The position numbers and the translations under genes are program-made. Source: Octopus sinensis (lineage: Eukaryota). Taken from it: DNA of 64,000 bases. The notes under the pieces were generated by a model. The model worked only from the letters and a program-made list of their open reading frames with translations, had not been told where the DNA came from and ran no database searches. The stretch spans positions 15,810,001 to 15,874,000 of the forward strand of contig NC_043020.1 in the NCBI RefSeq assembly GCF_006345805.1. Direction: 5' to 3'. This document shows, piece by piece, positions 54,016-64,000 of the stretch (within the stretch, counting starts at the first letter, position 1; each line of letters opens with the position of its first letter).

Positions 54016-54270
54016 TCACATCCATATAGATACATACACACCACACAAACACACACTATCACATCCATATATATAGACACAAGCACCACACACACACACA
54101 CACACACACACACATTCCGTCACATCCATACATAGAGACACACATCCGTACACACAGACACATATAACCCCACAAACACACTCACACATACTCATACATA
54201 GGCATACAGACACATACATACACATACTTATCACATGCACACACACACCTATATATAAGCACACCTTTAT
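52800..54270. repeat. TA/CA-rich compound microsatellite field
   Basis: Low complexity; includes AGGATAATACCATC motif three times. Confidence 0.9.
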
Positions 54271-54973
54271 ACACAGGTACACAGAGAAGCACTCGTGTCT
54301 ATTCACCAAAATCTGACCTCCTCGATAAGATTTCTGTTGAGATTTTGAATTATGATGATAATTGAGAAGTTGTGAAAGAAACACTGATTTTACGGTTGTT
54401 GAACAAAGTAGAAGAAGGCAGAGATGAGAGTTCTGCTGAGTGATTAATGAATATTCCATGACCGAAGCTCTTAAATTCACATTACATAACTGCTGCTTCG
54501 CAGCATTAGCTTAAAAGCAAGATAAACCTCGACATATCTACATCTCTTAGCGACACAAAAATAACATACTCATTTAATATTGCTGCCCTGACTAAGAGAT
54601 TCTCCCGTGCACAATAACACAACAAGGGCTTTGGAGTTCAAATCTCAGTTTGGCTTGATTTTTTTTTTTTTTTATCTGGAAGAAATGGACACAGTATTGC
54701 CTGGAACAGTATGCCTGACTGACAAACAGTCTTCATTCAGATATCCTGGATTGCTATCTGAAATGGAGTCATCCAGTTGGTAACAAAAGACTGATTAACA
54801 CATCTGCAGCAATCCCTGACTCTTATATTCCCTGTGTCCGCTCTATGTCCATCCTGTTCCTACCACAACAGCCTATGATCCTTTGAACTAGCTTCTGGCA
54901 TACTCTCCTTGCCTAAACCCTTCTGATACACTAAATTTTGCTCCTTTTCTTACCCCACAACTGTGTAATAATC

Positions 54974-55197
54974 GGAGTTGTGCTTGCATAGCAAGTGATT
55001 TGATCTGAGATCATGTGCTGGAACGAAAACAATTGCAGCGTGGAAGGTGTTTGTAAGCCATTTAAGAAACACACAAAAGCCGTTCGATTCACTTCAACAT
55101 TAAGTTTAATTTGTCAAATTAAACTTAAATGTTGAAGTGAATCGAACGGCTTTTGTGTGTTTCTTAAATGGCTTACAAACACCTTCCACACTGCAAT
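54974..55197. mobile_element. Fold-back insertion with 12-bp TSD
   Basis: TGTGTAATAATC at 54962-54973 and 55198-55209; palindrome 55029-55200. Confidence 0.8.
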
Positions 55198-55519
55198 TGT
55201 GTAATAATCCCTAGGTGCCATACTAATCACTTTTGCCAATTCTTTCTCTGGAGGAAATGAGCACAGAATAGCCTAGGACAGTATGCCTGACTGACAAATA
55301 GGTTCCATCCAAACATCCTGGATTGCTATCTGAAACAGTCAAGTAGCTGATGGCAAAAGACTGATTTACGCATCTATAGCAACCCCCGACTTTTATACTC
55401 ACTGTGTCCTCTCTATGTGTCTATTCTGTTCCAACTACAACAGCCTATGATCCTTCGAACTAGCTACTAGCATACTGCCCTTACTTGGACCCTCTTGACA
55501 CACTCAATTTTTTTCCTAT

Positions 55520-55755
55520 TCTTATTTCTTTAGAGCCCACAAGGGGCTACACACAGAGGGGACAAACAAGAACAGACAAACGGATTAAGTCGATTACATC
55601 GATCCCAGTGCGTAACTGGCACTTATTTAATCGACCCCGAAAGGATGAAAGGCAAAGTCGACCTCAGCGGAATTTGAATTCAGAAGGTAACGGCAGACGA
55701 AATACCGCTGAGCATTTCGCCCGGCATGCTAACGATTCTGCCAGCTCGCCGCCTT
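55520..55755 (-). mobile_element. SINE family B
   Basis: Family match. Confidence 0.9.
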
Positions 55756-55794
55756 TATTTTTTCTCCTATTCTTACCCCACAACTGTGTATTAA

Positions 55795-56014
55795 CCCTTT
55801 AGCATTTAAAGCAACCATATCTGGCCCAAATATGCTACCTGCTTTATGTTCAAACCAGCCAGATCTGGCTTCTCACACCTACCCTACAATGTTATTCTAA
55901 AAATATACAATCATATAATTGAAATCTTGAAGCTATGAGATAATGCATTATTAATTCAAAACAATGTAAACAAATAAGCATTACATTTGACAGAATAACC
56001 TGAATGTTAAAGGG
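55795..56014. mobile_element. piggyBac-like MITE
   Basis: TTAA|CCCTTTAGCATT ... AATGTTAAAGGG|TTAA. Confidence 0.85.
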
Positions 56015-56056
56015 TTAAATCAGCCATATCCAGCCAAAATATTTTGTCTTATGTTT

Positions 56057-56222
56057 AGGCGCAAGAGTGGCTGTGTGGTAAGTAGCTTACTTCTCAACCA
56101 CATGGTTCTGGGTTCAGTCCCACTGCATGGCCCCTTGGGCAAGTGTCTTCTACTATAGCCTTGAGCTGACCAAAGCCTTGTGAGTGAATTTGGTAGACGG
56201 AAACTGGAAGAAGACCGTCGTA

Positions 56223-56265
<43 letters not shown>

Positions 56266-56465
56266 CTGTGTTTGTCCCCCCAACATCGCTTGACAACCGA
56301 TGTTGGAGTGTTTATGTCCCCATAACTTAGCGGTTCGGCAAAAGAGACTGATAGAATAAGTACTAGGCTTACAAAGAATAAGTCCTGGGGTCAATTTGCT
56401 CGACTAAAGGTGGTGCCCCAGCATGGCCGCAGTCAAATGACTGAAACAAGTAAAAGAGAGTAAAG
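56057..56465 (+). mobile_element. SINE family A nested in another MITE copy
   Basis: Family match; MITE sequence resumes at ~56470. Confidence 0.88.
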
Positions 56466-56539
56466 AGTAAACAAGCCAGATCCGGTTTCTCACACCTATC
56501 TCAAAATGGCATTCTAAGAACATACAATTATATCATTGA

Positions 56540-56770
56540 AGTCTTAAACTTTTCATTATCAACCCGGCTGAAACCGGTTATCACTTTGAGTATAAATGTC
56601 TTGTTTTCATAAGTATTGAATTAAAATATTCCACCAAACCTTAGTCACAATTTATGTTCCTAACACTAGCTGAATGATGACTAAGTTATTTTACTAAATT
56701 CTTTGTTATATTTAACGTAATAGAAAGAAACACAGAACATCTCAAAATAAATACGGTAACGAAAGGGTTA
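56540..56770. mobile_element. Second piggyBac-like MITE family, nested
   Basis: Ends GTAACGAAAGGG|TTAA; related fragments at ~5380, 38480, 47455, 51050, 60190. Confidence 0.6.
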
Positions 56771-57034
56771 AAGCTTATCAGATAATACACAATTAATTCA
56801 AAGCAATGTAAATAAATAAGCAATACTTTTGACAGTAACCTGAATGCTAAAGGATTAATCCCCAGGCCCCATACTAATCCCTATTACCAATCCTTCCTCT
56901 CTTAAAGAGTCAACCTTCTGGGAATTACATCCCCGCTGATGTTTTACCATACACACATTAATCTTTTACTATAACCAGTGTATTGCATTCACTGACGTTG
57001 ATTTGCAAACTTGCAAAGCTATACATATACATAT

Positions 57035-57250
57035 TTGTTTCTTTATTACCCACAAGGGGCTAAACATAGAGGGGACAAACAAGAACAGACAAACGGATAA
57101 AGTCGATTATATCGACCCCAGTGTGTAACTGGTACTTAATTTATCGACCCCGAAAGGATGAAAGACAAAGTCGACCTCGGCGGAATTTGAACTCAGAACG
57201 TAACGGCAGACAAAATACGGCTACGCATTTCACCCGGCGTGCTAACATTT
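57035..57250 (-). mobile_element. SINE family B
   Basis: Family match. Confidence 0.9.
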
Positions 57251-57482
57251 CTGCCACATATTGTAGGCACAGGTTAAGCTCTGTGGCAAAGAAGTTTGTT
57301 TCAGGTTCAGTCTCTATGCACGGCACCTTGAGCAATTGTCTTTTACTATAGTTTCCAACCAATCAAAGTCCCATGAGTTGATTTATTAGGTAGAAACTGA
57401 AGGAAGCCTATTTTTTTTTTTTTTTTTTTTTTTGTACTTGTTTCAGTCATTTGACTGCGGCCATGCTGGAGCACCGCCTTTA

Positions 57483-57650
57483 GAGTGGTGAAAGAGTACA
57501 GCAGAGATCACCACCATCCCCTGCCGGAGCCTCGTGGAGCTTTTAGGTGTTTTCGCTCAATAAACACACACAACGCCCGGTCTGGGAATCGAAACCGCGA
57601 TCCTCCGACCGCAAGTCCGCTGCCCTAACCACTGGGCCATTGCGCCTCCA
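57483..57650 (-). mobile_element. SINE family D, 5' part
   Basis: Family match. Confidence 0.85.
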
Positions 57651-57828
57651 TATATATTATATATATTATCAACATTTAACATCCATTTCTCATGCTGGCA
57701 TGAGTTGGATGGCATCAGAGGAACTGACAAGGCTAATGGCTGCACTGGATTCCATAGGCTGTTGTGGGTTGGTTTCTATGGTTGGATGCCCTTCCCAATG
57801 GCAATCACTTCATAGAGTGTAGTGGGTG

Positions 57829-58520
57829 AATGCTGCCATAATCCTTGCTTTTAGTTTATCTTTGGTGTTACAAGGAATTTTGTTGGACTCTCACTCAACT
57901 GCATCCCACACATAATAATCAAGGGGAATGCAGTCTGGGGAGTTAGGTGGCCAGACGTTAAGGGTGATGTGGTCGCAAAAATTGTCTGACAGTCATGAAT
58001 GGGTTCTCCTGCTTGTGTGACATGGTGAAGAGTCCTATTGCAAGACATAAGGTCTTCTACCAGCCACCCTCTTGACCCAGGGCAGCACTACCTCCACCAG
58101 GCATGTGATGTAGGCCTCTGTGTTGATTCTGACCATGTGGGAAGATGAATGGAGGCATAACTTTGCCATCACTAGTGATCACTCCAAACACCATGATGCT
58201 GACTGGCTGTTTGGTTTTTATGACTCTCAGTACATATTTGGGGACACAGCAAGCCAACAGTTGTTCTGTGTGTTCACCATCTGATCCTGGCAGAAATTTT
58301 TCTCGCTTGAGAAAAACCAAAGCATGTTCAGTTGGAGGGGATACAAGAGTTTGTTCAAAAGTTTAGAAACATAGTCTTTCCTCTTGTCCTTGATGACTTG
58401 GGATAAAAATTGTCCCTTTCTCATCTTGTATGAGGAATACTGAATGTCTTCATGCACTACCTGCCTGATAAGAAACTGAGACAATTCCATATCCCTGGCG
58501 ATGGACCTAATGCCAACCAC
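57829..58520 (-). pseudogene. Truncated second copy of the DD37D transposase
   Basis: Reverse complement similarity to ~43760-44455; ORF track QVVHEDIQYSSYKMRKGQFLSQ. Confidence 0.9.
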
Positions 58521-59142
58521 TCCATGAGTGTAGTGGGTGCTTTTTACATGCCACCGGCACAGGGGGCCAGAGGAGGCTCCAACAACCACGATCAGTTGGT
58601 GCTTTTTATGTGCCTCCGGTATGTTTTCAAAATAACATTCTAGGGTAGGTGTGAGAGGTTGAAGGTGGTCAGTTTTAACATAAAAACAGGTAGAATATTT
58701 AAGCCAGATATGGCTGGATTAAATAGCAATGGGTTAAACCTTTTTAATTCTGCTATAAGAACAAAATGTGAAATAAAATAATTCTACATTGGTGAAGCCA
58801 TTCCAGATAATTAATAACAGATAAAGTTGTTAAATTCAATTTAAATTTAAATTTATTTCATGACATATCAAAATATTCATTGCAAAATTGTAACCTTGTC
58901 ACTGACATGGTTCCACAGCAAAGAAAAAGTCATTTTACCAAATTTCTCCAAATTCTTCATTATTTTCAATATTAATTTGAATATGTAACACAGTGTATTC
59001 TATAAGGAATATGGTAATCTAAGACTTCCAGGGCCTTTATTTAGCTCAAACTATCTCCTAAAGCTAAAGCAGTCTTTGTTTCCTTGAATCAAGGACATCA
59101 ATTTATTTTCCTGATTAAAAGGTTCAATACTTAGCCATGTGA

Positions 59143-59470
59143 AGGCGCATGGCTCAGTGGTTAGAGTGTTGAGCTTATGATCATGAGGTTGTGAGTTCGA
59201 TTCCCAGACCAGGCTGTGTGTTCTTGGGCAAGACACTTTATTTCATGTTGCTCCAGTTCATTCAGCTGTAGAAATGAGTTGCAACATCACTGGTGCCAAG
59301 ATGTATTGGCCTTTGCCTTTCCCTTGGATAACATCTGTGGTGTGAAGAGGGGAGGCTGGTATGCATGAGAGAGTGCTGGGCATTCATAAACAACCTTGCC
59401 TAGACTTGTACCTCGGAGGGTAACTCTCTAGGTGCAATCCCATGGTCATTCATAACCAAAGGGGGTCTCC
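59143..59470 (+). mobile_element. SINE family C
   Basis: Family match. Confidence 0.87.
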
Positions 59471-59680
59471 CATTCAGCCATGTAGATTCAGGTTCAGTCC
59501 CATATTGTGGCCTTGGGCAAGTGTCTCCTACTGTAGCTGTTAGTTGCCTGAGGCATTGTGAGTGAATTTTGGAGACAAAAATCTCTATTGAACTCCATTG
59601 TATTTATGTATATATCATCAACAGAAGAAAACTGAAGGAAGCCTGTCAAATAATTATACATGTATATATATATATATATG

Positions 59681-59945
59681 AAGGCGTATGGCCTAGTGGT
59701 TAGGCTGTTGCACTCACGATTGCTAGATCATGGGCTCAATACCCAGTCTGGGCAGCGAGTTGTGTTCCGGAGCAAAACACTTCATTTCATATTGCTCCAC
59801 TATCCCGATTGACCAAGGAGTAATGTTGGCCTGCTTGTCTAGCCAGTGGGGTGGCATCATTCAATGGCTAAAATGATGCAAAACGCATTGTGACCAGCGA
59901 TGTGTGACAACATCTGATAGTCTGATCAGTCACATGATCACATGA
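59681..59945 (+). mobile_element. SINE family D-related, diverged
   Basis: tRNA-like head and shared 3' tail GCATTGTGACCAGCGATGTG. Confidence 0.7.
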
Positions 59946-60974
59946 TATCTACATATGAGTGCCTTTGAGTTTGCCCCCCATCACTGGATGACAACCAGTG
60001 TTGGTTTGTTTACAGCCCTGTAACTTAAATGTTTGCCAAGAAAGAAATTGATAGAATAAGAACCAGGTTTCAAGAAAAAATGTCCTGGGTTCAATTTGTT
60101 TGACCCTCAGAAGTAAAAGATAAAAGAAGAAAAGATAAAAACAGAATGATGGCTAGAATGCCTTTCCTCACTGGTCTACTTGTTTAAGACTGACCCGGGG
60201 TTAAACTCATCCTACATACGCCAGATGTGATACTATAATTAAAGAAAAACATTATCGAATTTTAGCTGACTAGATAGATGCCATCAATTTGAAGCTTAAT
60301 GAAATATAATTGATTAGATCTATTCTGATGTATTACTAAGCTGGACAACTGGCAGAATCATTATCTATCCTAAATGTTAGCAGCCATGAAGTTACCCTAC
60401 AACAAGATTCTGTTGTGCTCCAATGGTCTCCTCTCATACCTTAGCCCCCCACATAATATAAGGATGCAACCCCATTCCTTGGGTTTTGTAGACTTGTGAG
60501 CTGCATGGTGACCTCATTAATGCTGGTGGCACAAAAATGTACCCAGTACATACTGTAAAGGGGTTGGCTTTATGTAGAGTATCCAGCAGTAGAAACCATG
60601 CCAACACAGACAGTGGAGCATGATAAAGTCCTTAAACTTAGTGGATCCTGTCAAACTGTCCAACCCATGCCCAGCATAGAACATGGATATTAAATTATGA
60701 TGATGATTAGAATATTGGATAGAATACTTTGCAGTGGTATGAAGCTTGCTTCTCATCCATATGGTTTCGGGTTCAGTCCTACTGTGTGGCACCTGGGGCA
60801 AGTGTCTTCTACAATGGACTCAGGCCAACCAAAGCCTTGTGAGTGGATTTGATAGGTGGAAAGCGAAAGAAGCCTGTCATGTAAGTGTGAGTGTGTGTGT
60901 GTGTATATAAACCTTTAAATCTATAAACTGTTTCAGCTTCAAAGTTGCAGTCATTCTGGGGCACCACCGTTGAC

Positions 60975-61225
60975 TCTGCTACACCATTATTTGAAACTGC
61001 CTCTGATATGTGACATTTGGTGAATAAAAGAATTTGATACCACTGCCCTCATCTGTGTTTCCTGCCATGAGGTAAGCTCATCTGGAAGCCTTGACAGGAG
61101 GAGATCCAGTTTTGTCTTGGAGACACCTACATCCACACTATGCAGACCTCTCAGGCATTTTGGAAGGATATTATTGAAGAGCTGTGGGCCCTTGAAACCC
61201 AAACTGTTGCAGTATTTTGTCCTGT
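60975..61225 (-). mobile_element. LINE ORF2 C-terminal fragment
   Basis: GFKGPQLFN.ILPK.LR....V....KTKLD..LS.LPDE... Confidence 0.7.
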
Positions 61226-61467
61226 ATTTTATGGAGATGCTGGGATCTATTCTTTAACTTGTTTCAATCATTTGACTGTGTCCATGCTGGAGCACCACCT
61301 CAAAGGGTTTAGTCAAAGAAATCAACTCCAGGACTTATTCTTTGAAAGGACTTATTCTAGTAGTTATTCTATTGTTTTCTTTTGCTGATTCGCTAAGTTA
61401 ACAGTATCAGTTGTAACTCTTGGAGCAATAGACAAGATACCTTGTGGTGTTTGTGTATTACTGGTAT

Positions 61468-61865
61468 AGGCGCAAAAGTAGCCGTGTGGTGAAAGGTTTG
61501 CTTCCCAACCACATGGCTCTTGGTTCAGCCCTACTACATGGCACCTTGGGCAAATGTCTACTATAACCTTGGGCTGACCAAAGCCTTGTGAGTAGATTAA
61601 AGGCATGGAAACTGAAAAGAATCCTGTTGTGTATATGTGTTTGTGTGTCTGTCTTTGTGTATGTGTTTGACACCCACCATCACTTGACAACTGGTGTTGG
61701 TGTGTTTACATCCCAATAACTTAGCAGTTCAGCAAAAGTAACAAACAGAATTAGTATTAAGCTTTACAAAAAATAAATACTGGGGTCAATTCATTTGAAT
61801 AAAACTCAAGGTGCTGCCCCAGCATGGCCTCAGTCTAATGACTTAAATAAGCGAAAGACAAAAGA
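61468..61865 (+). mobile_element. SINE family A, diverged
   Basis: Family match. Confidence 0.82.
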
Positions 61866-61909
61866 TATATTTGGTCAATCTCAAGAGGGATGAAGGGTAA
61901 TGATTAGCC

Positions 61910-62075
61910 ACCCGAGGTCGACTTTGCCTCCGAGGTCAACTTTGCCTTTCATCCTTTCGGGGTCGATAAATTAAGTACCAGTTACGCACTGGGGTCGATG
62001 TAATCGTCTTAATACCTATGTCTGTCCTTGTTTGTCCCCTCTATGTTTAGCCCCTTGTGGGTAATAAAGAAATAG
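61910..62075 (+). mobile_element. SINE family B, 5'-truncated
   Basis: Family match. Confidence 0.85.
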
Positions 62076-63091
62076 GTAATGATTAGCCATTCCTGCAATT
62101 TGAAATTAGAACCGTGAACTACAAGAGAGTAAATTTTGCACTGAGCCTAACATTTGACTTGTGAAGACTTCTGTCACTTCACCATTAATGGGTCAATATT
62201 GTTGTGATTCTTTATTTGGGCAAGAGGTTATAGAATACAAAATAGGAGGAGGGGGTATGTCCACAAAGTTTCTCCTCATGGACATTAATGGCCCAAATAA
62301 AGTGAACTGGTTGTAACCAGGATCGAAAACTATCTCACAGACTTGGAAGCTCGCCAGGAGTTTAGCTCGTGCTTTGCATTGATAGCGGCGTTATATAAGA
62401 ATATTGCAAATAAATCACACTGCATGTCAACCAGTCTCTAAAATAAACTCTTTTTAGAAGGAAGAATTTATTTCTTTAGCACTTACAGTGTGGGAGGGGT
62501 TAGGCGTAAGAGAGAGTATAGCAATAGATGAAAAAGAAAAAGATGATGGTGCCAGTGTGGTGGTGGTGGTGGTGGTGGGGGTAAGCAGATTTGAAGAGAA
62601 GTTAACCAAGTTTTAAAGAAATGACAAAGAAAGGAAATTGTTGATCTTTCCAGCGTTTCAAAAGCGGGGGGGGGGGGGGAAACCCAAAAACGCTTATAAA
62701 TAACTCTTCTAAAATCTTAAATCGATCCCCATTGTTATTTGCGGCAAACCAATGATGTATATATATTTCAGGATATTTCAAGAAAAGGTTAATTTTTGTC
62801 ACATATATCTTACATGCTATCGATAAGGGTGAGGTATTGGTATTATTGGCAGTGGTGATGATGGTGGTGGTGGTGGTGGTGGTGGTGGTGGCAGTAGTGA
62901 TGGTGGTGGTGGTAGTGATGGTAGTGGTGGTGTTTGTGACAATGGTGGTGTTAGTGGTTTGGTGGTGTTGGTGGTAGTGGTGGTAGTGGTGGTGATGTTT
63001 GTGACAATGGTGGTGTTAGTGGTTTGGTGGTGTTGGTGGTAGTGGTGATGGTGTTGTTAAAGTAATTGTTGTTGTTGTTGGTAGTGTTGGT

Positions 63092-63345
63092 GGCAGCAGT
63101 GGTGTTGGTGTTAGTGGTTTGGTGGTGTTGGTGGTAGTGGTGATGGTGGTGGCAGCAGTGGTGTTGATGTTAGTGGTTTGGTGGTGTTGGTGGTAGTGGT
63201 GATGGTGGTGGCAGCAGTGGTGTTGGTGTTAGTGGTTTGGTGGTGTTGGTGGTAGTGGTGATGGTGGTGGCAGCAGTGGTGTTGGTGTTAGTGGTTTGGT
63301 GGTGTTGGTGGTAGTGGTGATGGTGGTGGCAGCAGTGGTGTTGGT
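63092..63345. repeat. 59-bp G/T-rich minisatellite within a (GGT)n field (~62840-63680)
   Basis: GGCAGCAGT at 63092, 63151, 63210, 63269, 63328. Confidence 0.9.
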
Positions 63346-64000
63346 GGTGGTGGTGATGATGGTGTGTTGTTAAATTAATTGTTGTTGTTGTTGGTGGTGG
63401 TTGTGGTGGCAGTGGTAGTGGTAGTGGTGTTTGTGACAAAGGTGGTGTTAGTGGTTTGATAGTGTTGGTGGTAGTGGTGATGGTGATGATGGTGTTGTTA
63501 GAGTATTTGTTGTTGTTGGTGGTGGCAATGTAGGTGTAGATAACCTAAATGGTAGAAGTACTATCAGTGACAGCTCTTGGTAGAGTTATTTGTGTTGTCC
63601 TTGGTGGTGGTGGTGGTAAAGAAAGCATTATTGTTGCTGTTGTTGTTAGTGATGGTGGTGGTAGTGGTGGTGGTGGTGATAGAGACCAAAGACAGTTAAT
63701 GTGGATATTTTCAATGTATTCAATATCTTTCTTAGAGACTTGGTTGGACAATAAATTAACACCTACCCTCTCCCTCTCTCTCTCTCTCTCCCCAACATTC
63801 CAAACACTTGAATTATGTGAATTGTCAACTATGGAATAGTCACTCAGGCATTTCATTTGAATTCTATGAACCAACACAACCAACACGCCAATATAAACAA
63901 ACACACACACACACACACAACATCCAAACATGACATAAACACAGAACATATGCACATACAAACGCATGACACACACGCATACACATACAGATGCAAACAG

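Overview
Repeat-saturated, AT-rich animal DNA, intronic or intergenic. The SINE families look like those I recall from Octopus genomes (inference, not searched). I found no supportable host protein-coding exon; almost all ORF-track entries are microsatellite artefacts. Contents: four tRNA-head SINE families, CR1-like and other LINE 3' fragments, a mariner deletion derivative, a full-length but disrupted DD37D (maT-type) transposon plus a fragment, piggyBac-like MITEs, and a 6.1-kb RepHel Helitron with two related non-autonomous copies. Main discovery: a ~443-bp x ~3.9 head-to-tail array (24479-26215). Every unit carries a type I hammerhead ribozyme fold, i.e. a retrozyme-like element predicted to release ~443-nt linear or circular RNAs. 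Six further hammerhead-like motifs from other sequence families occur in Penelope-like remnants. Also notable: SINE multimers with a fixed junction inserted as single TSD-bounded units, long near-perfect palindromes, and ~390-bp inverted arms enclosing the 11-kb retrozyme plus Helitron block. SINE and LINE boundaries are approximate; ribozyme, TSD and Helitron terminus coordinates were counted by hand.
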